Assembly: GCA_964016885.1 (NCBI GenBank)
Contig: OZ024743.1
Coordinates: 275,590,001 to 275,654,000 of the forward strand
Direction: 5' to 3'
DNA: 64,000 nt
Origin: Eledone cirrhosa
Lineage: Eukaryota
Shown here: positions 38,459 through 51,296 of the stretch, piece by piece
How the letters are laid out: each line of letters begins with the position of its first letter
Numbering within the stretch: position 1 is the first letter of the stretch
Notes under the pieces: model-generated
Seen by the model: the letters and a program-made list of their open reading frames with translations, nothing else
Told to the model about the DNA's origin: nothing
Databases searched by the model: none
Program-made: the position numbers and the translations under genes

Positions 38459-38624
38459 CAGTGGCCGATTTAGGAAAAATGAGGCGCTGTGCTAGTTAAG
38501 TTATAAGGCCCATTTCTTGGGCACAGAAGGAGGTAAAAACCTTTTTTGGTAGGAAGATAGGCACTCCTAGCCAATGGGGTCCAGTACTTAAGCACACCTA
38601 AGCAGAATGGAGAATCCAGCACTG
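38459..38624. mobile_element. hAT-type MITE (166 bp)
   Basis: TIRs CAGTGGCCGATT / AATCCAGCACTG, exact 8-bp TSD ACTAATAC. Confidence 0.85.
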
Positions 38625-38744
38625 ACTAATACTAACACTTTAGAGAGTGTATTGGGTGCGCTTTATCGTGACACCAGTACTAACATTTTATAGGATGTAT
38701 TTGGTGCATTTAATCACTTATGATGTTTTTTTCTTTTATTTTAG

Positions 38745-38847
38745 ACTTGAAAATATAGAGAAACTTCAGCAACAAATAAATTCGATACCACCACTGCCTG
38801 CTCAACAACCTATTGTACCATACGCTACAGAAAAGGACATAGAAAAT
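38745..38847 (+). CDS. CCDC154: Host gene exon (LENIEKLQQQINSIPPLP...KDIEN)
   Basis: ttttattttag acceptor, gtaagc donor, phase 2/0. Confidence 0.85.
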
Positions 38848-39480
38848 GTAAGCTCCAGGGGAAATATTTATATATTACAATAACATTATTTTAAGACACA
38901 ATATTTTAAGAGACTTATTCGTGAGTGAATAATAATATTATAATAATTGTTTCTACTTTTGGAACAAGGCCAGCAATTACCCCAGTGCATTACTGGTGCT
39001 TTATTTTATTGACCCCGTAATGATGAAAGGCAAAGTTAACTTCAGCGGATTTGAACCCATAACATAAAGGGCCATAACTCTATGCTGCAAAGCATGGTGT
39101 CTGACGCTTTACCGATACTGCCAATCCACCGCCCTTAATAATTATATTATAATAATATCATAACATTATTACTATTCAGTGGATTGGCAGTATCGAAAAA
39201 GGATCGGACTCTATGCAGCAAAGCATTTCCTCTTTCGATACTGCTAATTCACTGAATATTAATAATGTTTAGAGTTATGGTCCTTTACGTTCTGAGTTCA
39301 AATCTTGCCGAGGTTAACTTTGCCTTTCATCCTTACGGGGTCGATAATATAAAGTATCAGTAATGCACTGAGATAATTGCTGGCCTTGTGCCAAAAGTAG
39401 AAACAATTATTATAAGACACAATATTTTAAGAGATGTATTCGTGAGTGAATAATTATAAATAAAATGATAACATTATTAT

Positions 39481-39721
39481 TTGGTTTATTTACAAGTAAA
39501 CAGCCTCATAAAACACCACATGGTAGATGACAACGTCATCCTTTTGTTCCAGTGGTAGCTGAGAGAAAACAATCGACAATAGACAATTGATTCAGAATGT
39601 CCTGCTCCTTGTCAAGATCGTATATTCTACTTGTTACAATTGTCAATTGTTTTCTCTCAGCTACCGCTTGAACATCTACCACGTGGTGTTTTATGAGGCT
39701 GTTTACTTGTAAACAAACCAA
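39481..39721. repeat. Fold-back element with ~50-bp and ~22-bp inverted arms
   Basis: tttacaagtaaacagcctcataaaacacc mirrored by ggtgttttatgaggctgtttacttgtaaa. Confidence 0.75.
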
Positions 39722-39869
39722 CACTCTGAAATATATATATATATATTGTTATACTTTGGGAGGGTCATATTGTCAATAAAAACACATGCACCTGTTGGTT
39801 TTCGCTTCCATTTATTATAAATTTCTGGTTGGTTGGTTGATTCGATAACCGGAAGGTTGTTTATATATT

Positions 39870-39912
39870 GTCAAAGCTCTTTCGTCACACATTCTGTGAC
39901 TTCTTCAGTGAC
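39870..39912 (-). ncRNA. Hammerhead motif, family A copy
   Basis: Reverse complement GUCA-CUGAAGAA-GUCACA..UGUGAC-GAAAGAGCUU-UGAC. Confidence 0.65.
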
Positions 39913-41126
39913 TAGGTTTTTATTTTGTGTGTCTCTCCTTTGTTCTGTCCTCATCTAAATGTTTACCTGTAAAAATACCATATTTCTTTAGAAATACGAA
40001 ATTCTAATACATATCTGTATACAGCTATGCATGAAGCTAAATCCTAATTTTATATATATATATATATAGTAATTGGTAAAATCCCAATAGAGGGCCGAAC
40101 TTTCCCATCCCCCAAATTACTGACCTTGTGCCAAAATTATAAATCATTATTTTTAAAACTATTTATTCAACTAGGACGAAGGCATCACACCTGAGAAAGG
40201 AGTCCTGTGAGATGAAATACTTGATGCAGCCGGTATTGTTTGCTGCTCTCCATGACAATGCCTTCGCCATCTTGTCTGCCATAGCACAGCTGAGATAAAC
40301 CATCTAGTCAAGAATTATAGAGTTTTCCCTCCACACATTTGTTCTTTCGTCACAATATTGATTTATAACATAGCCACAAAGCCAACAAATGTAAAGGAAG
40401 GACAAAGTTGATTAAACCAACACCAGTAAATGACTGGTACTTTATTTATCCATCCCGGAAGAATGAATGTCAAAGTTGACCTCTGACTTGAACAAATACC
40501 ACACTGACATTTTAACCGACGCTCTACCAATTCTGCCAATCTACCACCCTTACTTTGTCGTAATATTATTAAAGTAGTTAGGGTGGTGGATTGGCAGTAT
40601 CGGTAGAGCATTGGACACCATGCTTTTCAGCACAGAGTTACGGCCCTTTATGATGATCTGAGTTCAAATCCAGCCGAGGTTAGCTTTGCCATCGATCCTT
40701 ACGGGGTCGATGAAAGTACCAGTCACGCACTGGGGTCGATTTAATCGACTTTTGCTCCCCCCCAAAATTGCTGGCCTTGTGCCTATATAAGAAACCATTA
40801 TTAATGTAGTTAGAGCGGTGGATTGGCAGTATCGGTAGAGCATCGGACACCATGCTTTGCAGCATAGAGTTACGTCCCTTTACAATCTGAGTTCAAATCC
40901 CGCCGAGGTTAGCTTTGCCTTTCATCCTTATGGGCTCGATAAAATAAAGTACCAGAAGTACACTGGGGTCGATTTAATTGACTTTCCTCTCCTCCCAAAA
41001 TTGTTGGTCTTGTGCCTAAATCAGAATAAATATTGTTAATGTAGTTTGAAAATTTAAAGTAAATAAACATTTTTATTCTTCCACTGATTTAACAGTATTT
41101 TTATCGTTTCCACTTCTATTTTTTAG

Positions 41127-41213
41127 TGCCAAAACAGTATCAAACGTCTGGCAGAGTCAGTACAGACTGTAAAAACAGTTTTGGGAATGAAAATACAATC
41201 AGAACAGAAACTA
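41127..41213 (+). CDS. CCDC154: Host gene exon (CQNSIKRLAESVQTVKTVLGMKIQSEQKL)
   Basis: tttttag acceptor, gtcagt donor, phase 0/0; resembles the CCDC154 C-terminal coiled segment as I recall it. Confidence 0.85.
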
Positions 41214-42059
41214 GTCAGTCAAATCTTTATTTTAATCATTGTTTCTGGCTTCTATTTGTTTTTGTGTGTTTTCTTTTCCTAGATGTGTATATGTGGGTAT
41301 ATGCAGATTAGAGATGTCTTCCCCTCCCATCGAATGACAAAGGGTTTATCCCGTCTTAGTGCTCGCCATCACCACGATCGAAATTGGCAGGCTCCAGTTG
41401 TGATAGGAAACTGGCCGCGTCGAGGCTTCTAGTCTGAGACTATCTCGAGTATGTCATGCCTGTCATGCTTTAGATTTTCTCAAACTAGAAGTTTGCTTTA
41501 CAATGATGCGATTCCATGCCCGATCCTACTGTGCGGTACCTTGGGCAAGTATCTCTAACCATAGCTTCAGATTTACCCAAACTTTTTCAAAGGATTTAGT
41601 TAGATGGAGATTTTACTGAAGCCCATCGGTGGATGGTGGATGTTCTTGGGTGGTAGACATAACACAGCTCCTTTTTTATCTCCACAGAGATACTGATAGC
41701 TAACAGATATTTTTTCTGCCCGCGAAGTTATTGAAAGCTTATAAATATCTTTTCTGTCCACAGAAATATTGATATCTTATATATATTTATATCAAAGGCA
41801 AATAACAGCTGAAATGGCCAGTCTAATTTACATAACAGTACCTTTGTTTACATTTCACAGCTAGGATTACACTTTTAAATATTGCAGGTATACTTATAAT
41901 AAAAACAATTCAGAATATAGTCAATACATATTATTAAAATAGAGAATCTTATTGCTGTATGTTCCTTGTACTACCAACATCTCAACATTTAAGTGACATC
42001 TGTTCTTTTTTCGATCAGGAAGACTGTAGAAAGCCATATATATATATAGCTTTCCATAG

Positions 42060-42328
42060 TCTATGTGTATATATATATATATAATCGAAAATGCCTGTTT
42101 GTCTATACGCAGGCAATGCATTTCCACAGTTTCCATCCGATTTTGTTCAAATTTCATACAACGGTTATTTACCTCCCAGAGCATGTCAACATATAGTTTA
42201 AATCTTGCTCTCCCTTAAAATAGCAAAGATCTGGGGTTATTTAAAGACAGACATGTTGAGGAGAGAGGGGGGTCTTTATTTACGTTGACGAAAGGTGCGC
42301 CCCGCAGCCATGGGCTCTTTTACTTGTA
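42060..42328 (+). mobile_element. Non-autonomous Helitron-like element
   Basis: TC..TATATATA start, subterminal hairpin cccgcagccatggg, degenerate CTTGT end; similar CTAG+hairpin end at 36262-36293 (-). Confidence 0.45.
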
Positions 42329-43630
42329 TATATATATATATAATATGCCTTACTCGGCATTCCAATGTATCTAGTCTTGGATTTAATAGCTTCAGAAAGA
42401 TTTGAATTCGTAGCTATCTACTAATTGGTCTAATATAGTGATTCCGAATCTTTTCGCTACGACGGACCCCTTTTATTTAAATAAATTTTCCCGGTGAGTC
42501 CCAAAAATGAAAGATTTTCCATTTAATGTCAGCGGTTGAAATGTGTCTTAAAAAATTAGAGTATTCCTGTAGATTTAGAAATGGTTTTGAAATTTTGAAA
42601 ATCAGTTGTATATGAACTGACTACAGATTTTGAACTTAGCTTCTAGACCTCGTTAGGACCTTTGTGAACTCCCAAGTATCAACAGACTAATGATTGGGAA
42701 CCGCTCTTATGACACATTTATCCCCAAACTTACCAAAGGCCTTAGGAAAGATATACAGATGTCACAACATCCCATTTTTTCACCTTTTGAAGTTAATAGG
42801 AACGGTTCATGTTTGAGGGAGTATGGGTTATCATATTATATTAGAGCGATGGTGATTCTGTAGGTACATGGTAGTGAGAAAGGAATAGAGGATAGGGGAG
42901 GGCTGTTTTTGACTGGTGCGATATAGAGTTAGAAACGAAAGGGATATAGAATTTCTTCATGACAATGCTGCATCTATAACATTCATTATTTTACTAACAG
43001 GGCAGTGGGTTGGCAGTATCGGTAGAGAGTCGGACGCCATGCTTTCCAGCATAGTTACGTCCCTTTATGATCTGAGTTCAAATCCCGCCGAGGTTAACTT
43101 TGCCTTTCATCCTTACGGGGTCGATAAAATAAAGTACCAGTAATGTACTGGGTAATTGATGGCCTTGTGCCAAAAGTAGAAACAATTATTTTATTATTTT
43201 ACTAACTGGAACATTGTATGTGACCACCACCACAACTTACAAAACACGCAGCTTCCACCATTATATTTCTATCGCTATAATCACAATCACCACCAACACC
43301 ACCACCACCACAACCATAACCACCACACCACAACCAACACCACCACCACCACTAACACCACCACCACCACTACCACCACTACCATCACCACAACCAACAC
43401 CAACACCACCACCAGCACTAACAACACCCAAAGCTTACACCAACATCACCACTGTCACCAATATTATTTACATCACCCACATCTTACACCACCACCATCA
43501 CCACCACCACCACCACCACCACCACCACCATCATTACTAGAACTCAGTGGTTCAAAACAATTTATTTGCTTTTCTCTTGATGTGCTGTTCAGTCTTCTTC
43601 TTTTCTGTCTTCTTTCTTTCTGTTTTCCAG

Positions 43631-43714
43631 AGATTGGATCAGTTAAGGATGATGCAGGATGAACATATACGTTTCCGTGCTTTAGTAGAATCTCGTCTCT
43701 TCAGCGGGAGATAA
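43631..43714 (+). CDS. CCDC154: Alternative last coding exon (RLDQLRMMQDEHIRFRALVESRLFSGR*)
   Basis: Very long polypyrimidine tract ending ttttccag; phase 0; peptide aligns to the start of exon 51297; AATAAA motifs downstream at ~44093-44250. Confidence 0.7.
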   Translation, partial: RLDQLRMMQDEHIRFRALVESRLFSGR

Positions 43715-44611
43715 ATGTCTTCTAATAATTCTGCTTCTCTTCTGTGAACAATCATTTCTCTTCTCCGCTAATTCTCCAACTGTCATTGTTGCTGCTGTGG
43801 CTGATATTGCCGATATTGCTGTTGCTGCTGTTGTTGCTACTGCTGCTACTTCATCGTGCTTTTTTTTTTTTTTTGCTCTGCTTTTATTGTATAACCACCG
43901 ATTGCAAAGCAATTTTTGAACCATCATCTGTTGATGGTTCTCTCCAAATTATTGTCTTCCCAGACTTTCAGACTAACATTGAAAAATATAAGATATCTGG
44001 AATCTCTTCATTTTTATTTTTTATTTTCGTCTCTCAATGGAGTTTTAAACAAACAAACAAACAAAATAGTCTTGATATTTCCAACAACAACAAATAAAAA
44101 TAATTTGAATTATTTTGTTTTTGAGGTAAGTATTTATAAATAATTAAATGACTGTATATATTTCAAATAGACTTATACATGGGAACACAACACATACACA
44201 TATGAACACATACTCATACACATGTGAACATAACACATATACACAATTAATAAACATGTGCAATTAATAAACATGTGCATTTAAACACTCTTAGCCCGTT
44301 CAAATAATAAATATGTTTACTGAAAGAAAGCCTTTTTTCATTTGGCACTTATATACTTTTATAAGAACAAATGAGAAGTAAGCTTGTGTTAGAATTTATA
44401 TGCAAAAAAAAAATATATATTTTATTAGCTTGCCAAGTTGATTGAATCGATCACAACGGATCGATAACAATGCAATTGTTACAGGAGCTCAGTTAAGATT
44501 TTCAGCTATATAGAGAGAAAGAAAAGTGAGGTTTACCAGAAAATATTCATAGCATATTTTAGATGTGGGCGAAAATAGGAGACAAAAATATTGACATAGC
44601 ATGTCTAGCGA

Positions 44612-45160
44612 CATACAGTGTGTTTACGAATAAACATTTGAAAGTCTTTACCTATGGATTTTGGAAGCTGATGACTAGAGCCATTAGGTGGATTCCAGCA
44701 GAAACAGGAGAGGATAATCTGTCAACAGTCGACTGTTTCTAACTTCGGTTGTTATCAAGACCGCGCTCCCCCTCCCTGCCCTCCGCTGGAATCCAATATA
44801 GGCGAAGACATATAGTATTGATGCCTATGTACATGGGCTGATAAGCCTCATTTGCATATGGAGCTGTCAGTCGGCTCGGCCTGAAAATAGAATTAAAGTG
44901 TTTGCATCAACATAGCTGCATACAAATAGGTATGTGTATTTGTATATCTAATGACATACGGTATGTTTACTAATAAAGATTTGAAAGCCTTTAGCTATGA
45001 ATTTTGGTAGCTGATGACTAGAGCCATCAGGTGGATTCCAGCAGAAGCAGGGGTGAGTAATCTGTCGACAGTCAACTGTTTCTGACTCTGGTCATTATGA
45101 AGTCAACGCTCCGCTCCCTGCTCCCTGCTGAAATCCAATATAGACATCAAACCTATCAAG
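44612..45160 (+). repeat. Diverged direct repeat pair carrying CTGATGA...GAA(A/G)C motifs
   Basis: 44612-44810 repeats at 44954-45150. Confidence 0.7.
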
Positions 45161-45169
45161 TACAAATCG

Positions 45170-45875
45170 GAGATCCCCTCTGTCAAGTTAAGTAACACCA
45201 TGTCGTCTGTAAATTCCAGCCGACTGATTTTACACTTGCCAGTTGTGATACCACTTCCAACTCGGCTGCGTATGTCAATCCTGTTCGTAAAATTAATGAG
45301 TAGGAGAGGTGACAGTACGCACCCTTGGCGGAGTTCGACTCCCACATTGAATGGTTTCGATTTAGCACCATTTATTCGAACACAAATATTTGAGCATTCA
45401 TATAGAGACATCAGGGCAGCAAGAAGCTGACCATCAATCCCATACTCCTGCAGAACCTTCCACGGCAAGTACCGAAGAACGCGGTCATATGCCTTTTCGA
45501 GGTCTACAAAAAGGAATATACCTCTTGTCAATAATCCCATGATTTCTCGAAAACCTGCCGCAGTGTGAATATTTGGTCGGCGGTGCCGCATCCGGGGTAA
45601 AAACTGCACTGTTCATCACCTAGCTTGGACTCGACAATCTCTTAGCATAGACTTTACCGCGAAAGCTTAATGAGGAAATCCCTCTATGATTGGAACAATC
45701 ACTCTTGCCTCCCTTTTTGAAAATTGGGATTATCACTCCCGATTGCCATTGCTTAGGTGCCTTTCCAGAAATCCAGGCCACCCGGCACACACGAGTCAGC
45801 CAGAGAATATCTTCTATATTTAAGTCTGTTAACATCTCAGGCCGAATTTTGTCTTCCCCACAGGCCTTGACACAT
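45170..45875 (-). pseudogene. RTE (Expander/Rex3-like) RT fragment
   Basis: PKQWQSGVIIPIFKKG, FVDLEKAYDRV, LRQGCVLSP, FTDD. Confidence 0.8.
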
Positions 45876-48155
45876 TTGAGCTATAAATATAAAAATAATG
45901 CATGAAAATATATACAATAAAACTAAAATAATAATGATTCTCTATTTATGCACAAGGCCAGCAATTTATGGGGATGGGGAAGTCGATTATATCGACCCAG
46001 TATTTTACTAGTATTTTGTTTTATCGACCCTGGAAGAATGAAAGGCAAAGTTAACCTTAGGCAAAGTTGACCTTAGTATTCGAACTCAGAACGTAAAGGG
46101 TCATAATTAATTGCCACAACACATTTTGTTCGGCGCTCTAACGATTCTGTCAATCCACCGCCATATAAAAAATCAACAATGGGTTCATTACTTAAAAAGT
46201 TGCAAAAGCAAAGAAAATATAATAAAGTTTTTCTTTTTCCTATTTTTTTTTTTTTAGATTTTGCCACCACCGCCCCTCCACACTTCCCCCCCGTGTTATG
46301 ATATTGATTTTAACTTAGAAATGTCTATTCATTATTATTTGGTGCGCAGAGTATAATCGATTTGATCGACCCAAGTAGAGTGTATTACTTTATTCTATGT
46401 CTCCAGGAGAATAAAAAAACAGGTTTATAAATCCCGGTGGGATTTGAGCGTAGAACAACATAAAAGTCCATTACTAAAAAATACTTACAAGAAATTCTTA
46501 TTGGTCACACTACCGATTCTACCAATCATTCAATGATAGTGATAAATATTTTAATTAGATCGGATGAGTAAATCGAATGTAGATAATAGAAGAAACTGCA
46601 ATGACAGCTCAATAAAATACAAGTTTACACAAGCCTCTTATAAGACTGGATGTTGTATGTATGCGGAACATAACATATCAATAGTTAACTGAGGATAAAT
46701 GAGTAAAAAATATTGAGATTGCCACTGCTGCTGCTGCTAATGATGATGAGGAGGAGGAGGAGGATGTTATTTGTACATATTGTGTGTATGTATGTATTGT
46801 GTGTATGTGTTATGTATGTATGTATGTGTTATATGTGTATGTATATGTATGTCTATATATATATGTTATATATGCGTTATGTATGTTATGTGTATATGTG
46901 TTATGTATGTATGCATGTGTTGTGTGTATGTATGTGTTATGTATTTATGTGTTATGTGTGTATGTATGTGTTATGTGTGTACGTATGTGTTATGTGTGTA
47001 TGTATGAATTATGTATGTATGTATGTGTTATGTGTGTATGTATGTGTTATGTATGTATGTATGTATGGACCCGTAACTTCTGGTGGAACTGTAATGGCGT
47101 AGTAGTGACATACGGCGTGACGTGGGCACTTTAAACATGGTGGAGCCCATCCTCTCTTCAGGCCTGAACACAGCTGATTTCTTCCAGAGACAGAGAAAGA
47201 TAGATAGATTGAGAAAAAATAGGGGATGAAAGAATTGTAGAGGAGGAATCGACCCCTGTACTGAACAAATACTTTTTTTTATTGACTTTAAAAGGATGAA
47301 AGACAAAGCTGACCTTAGTGGATTTTGAACTCAGAACGAATAAGGAGTCCTTTTTCTTTATTTATTTTTTTGAGACGGGGTAATGACTTTTGCAGCCTAT
47401 GTTGTTATTTATTCCCAGCTTAATTCGGATCAAGTAAAACAAATCTATGATAAAAAATATTCTTGAGTGGTAGACTTAATCCGTCGTTCAGTTAAAGACC
47501 ATCATCTGACCCCTGTATGGCTTTAGCAGAAACCAATAAACTTCCAACATATGAGCCAAGTTTAACGATATCTTCCTCCCTTCCTTCTCACTCATCTCAA
47601 AAGATCTGAAAAATATTATAGGCGCAACCTTACCCTCCTTGACTAAAACAAAAAATCCCAGGTGTGATTACCCTATCTTTTATTTTAAATCAGGCATTGT
47701 ACACCTGGGCAACAAACGTCAGATAGAATACGTTGCACTATTTGTTCCGTCTCCCTACACTCACTGAGTTCAAATCCTGCCGAGTTCAACTTTACCTTTC
47801 ATCTTTTCGAGTTTGATAAAAAAAAAAGTACCAGTCCAGCACTGAGGTTGATTCCTCCTCTATATCTCTTTTTCAGTTTCTCTCCTTCTCTGGAAGAAAT
47901 TGTCTGTGTTCAAACCTGGAGATGTGGTGAGCTCCGCTAGGTTAAATATGCCCCCAAACTATGTCATGACGGCGCTTCATTGCCTCCATCGGGAGTTACA
48001 TCTCCGTAAATTGTATATCCAAGTATATATTATTCAATGTCACATTTTACCTTTCCTCGTCAGCATCTTTGCTGTAACAGATTTCTTATTGATGTCGTCT
48101 TTAGTATCAACATCATCATCACTGCATTCACTGCAATTGTTACCATTTCAAACTC

Positions 48156-48183
<28 letters not shown>

Positions 48184-48191
<8 letters not shown>

Positions 48192-48325
48192 TTTTAATAT
48201 AGAAGAGCTTCTACAGGACTAGAACTGTTTCATTCATGAGAAATCATCAGGGAGCTCCCTGATGATTTCTCACGAGTGAAACAGTTCTGGTCCTGTAAAA
48301 GCTCTTCTATATTAAAACTTTTATA
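48184..48325. repeat. Near-perfect palindrome (71-bp arms) of pLTR family B with back-to-back hammerhead cores
   Basis: Centre cagggagctccctg; CUGAUGA-U...U-GAAAC on each strand. Confidence 0.8.
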
Positions 48326-48441
48326 CTCTGCTATGTATTGTGGTTACGTCCGATTGTGGTTACGTCCGATTCAACCTGGAATAACTTTATATATATATAT
48401 ATATATATAGATATATATATATATATATATCAAATCATATA

Positions 48442-48503
48442 TTTCATCTGACGAGGACGTACTGAAAAAACAACACAGTACCTTCGAAATATATATAATA
48501 AAG
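48442..48503 (+). ncRNA. Hammerhead motif (mirror at ~49483-49543, - strand)
   Basis: UUCAU-CUGACGA-GGACGUACUG..CAGUACCUUC-GAA-AUAUAUAU-A-AUAAA; one mismatch in stem I. Confidence 0.6.
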
Positions 48504-49147
48504 CATATATTTGGATTATGTGAATATCTTCATTTTTTAATATTTTGAATAATATATATATATATATAAATTGATGAGCAGAACAAACAAACATTAAACA
48601 ATCCTTTAAATAAATTAAAAAATAATTTAAATATCTACCTGTTCATAATGCTATTACCGGCGGTTTCCATCCACAAAAGATTGGAAATTCAGAGAATTTC
48701 CAACGGAAAGTAGATTTCATCAGATAGCTATTTCCTTTCTATAGGACATATGTCCCATGGTCCGCAAATATAATGCTAACTACCAGCTCGTATGAGTTAT
48801 GGCCGTTAAAGTGACTCATACGTGACCTGGCCACTAGAGCAAGCGGGAATATTACAGACTTGTTGATGGCTTGGCTGCTAAAAAAATAGCAGTAAGCAAC
48901 AACAAATTTTTTTCCTCTACATAAATTGGAGAATATATAAAAATGAGGTAAATATCTCATTGAGTACTAAGTACACATTGAGACTGTTATTTTTTTAGCA
49001 GCCAAGCCATCAACAAGTCTGTAATATTCCCGCTTGCTCTAGTGGCCAGGTCACGTATGGGTCACTTTAACGGCTATAACTCATACAAGCTGGTAGTTAG
49101 CATTATATTTGCGGACCATGGGACATATGTCCTATAGAAAGGAAATA

Positions 49148-49226
49148 GCTATCTGATGAAATCTACTTTCCGTTGGAAATTCTCTGAATTTCCAATCTTT
49201 TGTGGATGGAAACCGCCGGTAATAGC
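49148..49226 (+). ncRNA. Type I hammerhead motif with extended stem II (mirror at 48650-48728, - strand)
   Basis: GCUAU-CUGAUGA-A-AUCUAC..UUGGAAAUUC(UCU)GAAUUUCCAA..GUGGAU-G-GAAAC-CGCCG-GUA-AUAGC. Confidence 0.75.
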
Positions 49227-51296
49227 ATTATGAACAGGTAGATATTTAAATTATTTTTTAATTTATTTAAAGGATTGTTTAATGTTTGTTTGTTCTGCTC
49301 ATCAATTTTTATAGTTCTGGTATCTCTAATTAGTACCACAGAACAACAATTATATTATAGACACCCTATATATCTCAATGTGTACTTAGTACTCAGTGAG
49401 ATATTTACCTCATTTATATATATATACATATATTATTCAAAATATTAACAAATGAAGATATTCACATAATCAAAATAAATGCTTTATTATATATATTTCG
49501 AAGGTACTGTGTTGTTTTTTCAGTACGTCCTCGTCAGATGAAATATATGATTTGATATATGACATATCTATACGGTCTTGATAGTTCAATTCCTGTATTG
49601 GCAGTGATTTATTTCATCAAATCTCAACATTTATATACCACAAATAATAATATGATAAACTTAAAGAAAAGGACGTGGAGCGGGTTCGAGATATAAGAGA
49701 GGGTGTAAAGAGGAGGAAAGGCAAGAAAAAACAAATAAATACATACATAAATATTTAAATGAATAAAAATAAATAAATGGATGGATGAAAGAGGAAGAAA
49801 TATATTAAAAAAAAAAAAAAAAAAAGAAAGAAGAAATAACGATAAAAGAAAGAGAATGTGTTTGGGAAGTAAAAGGAGGGGGATAGTAAATAAAAATAAA
49901 TGAGCATCAAATATAGGGGGATAGAGAGAAAAAAACCGTTGTTTTCAAATATTAGGTCAATTGAGGCAACCAATCAATTACCATAAACCATTGAATATCT
50001 CTTGTATTTGATTATGCTTACGCTAATTATACTTATATATTATATCAAAATTAATCAATATACATTACTTTTTATAGCCGTCACATATTTAGTTTAATTA
50101 AAAATTTATATAATTTAATTTAACTCATTTTAGATTATAATTTTTGGTTTAGGTAATATATTCCTTAAGTATTTTGTTACAACTTTAAAAAAATTTATCT
50201 TTAAAGCATATTTAAATAATTATTAAACATGTATTAAAATATATATTAAAATACATGCATATATCACCATCAATATATATAATATATTAAGATCATCTAT
50301 TGTCCGAATTATTTTATTTAATTAAGATATTCTCTTTATAAAATCATTTCTATTCTTTAATTATCATTTAATTATAGGATTATAGCAGTTATATTTACTC
50401 TCAAGAGTTTTATTTCGTTAATTTATATTTACTTCTGTAATTACTTATTATTATAGTTTCCTTTTAAAGATATTCTTATATTATTAAACTACATAATTCA
50501 TGTCAAATATAATTTAGCAAGCTATTCAAACAGAATAAAAATATTTACGAAGAATGTAAACAAAAGAAAGATAACTCATTCACCATATGAACATTTAAAC
50601 CTTGTATCTACTCTGAAATCTAGTGATATTTCAAAACCATAAATCAACAATTGTCTAGTTAAATATTGAACTGTCCTAATCAAAACATAGGATACTGAGA
50701 CTCTTAATGAAATGATTCTAATAGATAAAACATCAATAAATTATTACCCCAGTAGGGCAAAAATTATATATATTTTAAAAATTATTAATTGTCAATATTT
50801 TTTCAAAACTTGTACAATGCCTGGAATGTTTACCAATTTTATGTTGGCAGCTGCTGAATAATTCATTTTTCTTGTTAATTAAATTGTCATAATATGTAAT
50901 TAACAATAGAGTCTCAAGATTGCAAAGATTGCAATTTACCGAAATGGATGCGTTCCGATAAGAATTGGCATTCTTTAACCGAGTCCAAGAGATGAAGTAT
51001 TTAATATTCTTGTCCTTTAAAGACCATATTAATTGAGGTTGAAAATTGTTTATCTAGTATAGAAAAGGAATATTTATGATTGTGTATATATATATATATA
51101 TATATATGTATATGTATGTGTGTGTGTGTAAATACATATCCAGTATATTTAGATACACTGATACACACATACATATGCACCTAGTCTGCTTGGAAAAGGG
51201 CCACTAAACGACGATGATGATGATGATGATGACACCGATATCTCCTCCTCCTTCTCCTCATACATGTTATTTATTACACTAATTCTGTTATTACAG

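Larger units (their letters stand above)
48425..49560. repeat. 1.1-kb nested fold-back (A-B-C-B'-C'-A')
   Basis: 48425-48560 mirrors 49425-49560; 48568-48895 mirrors 48983-49306; 48934-48982 mirrors 49372-49420. Confidence 0.9.
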
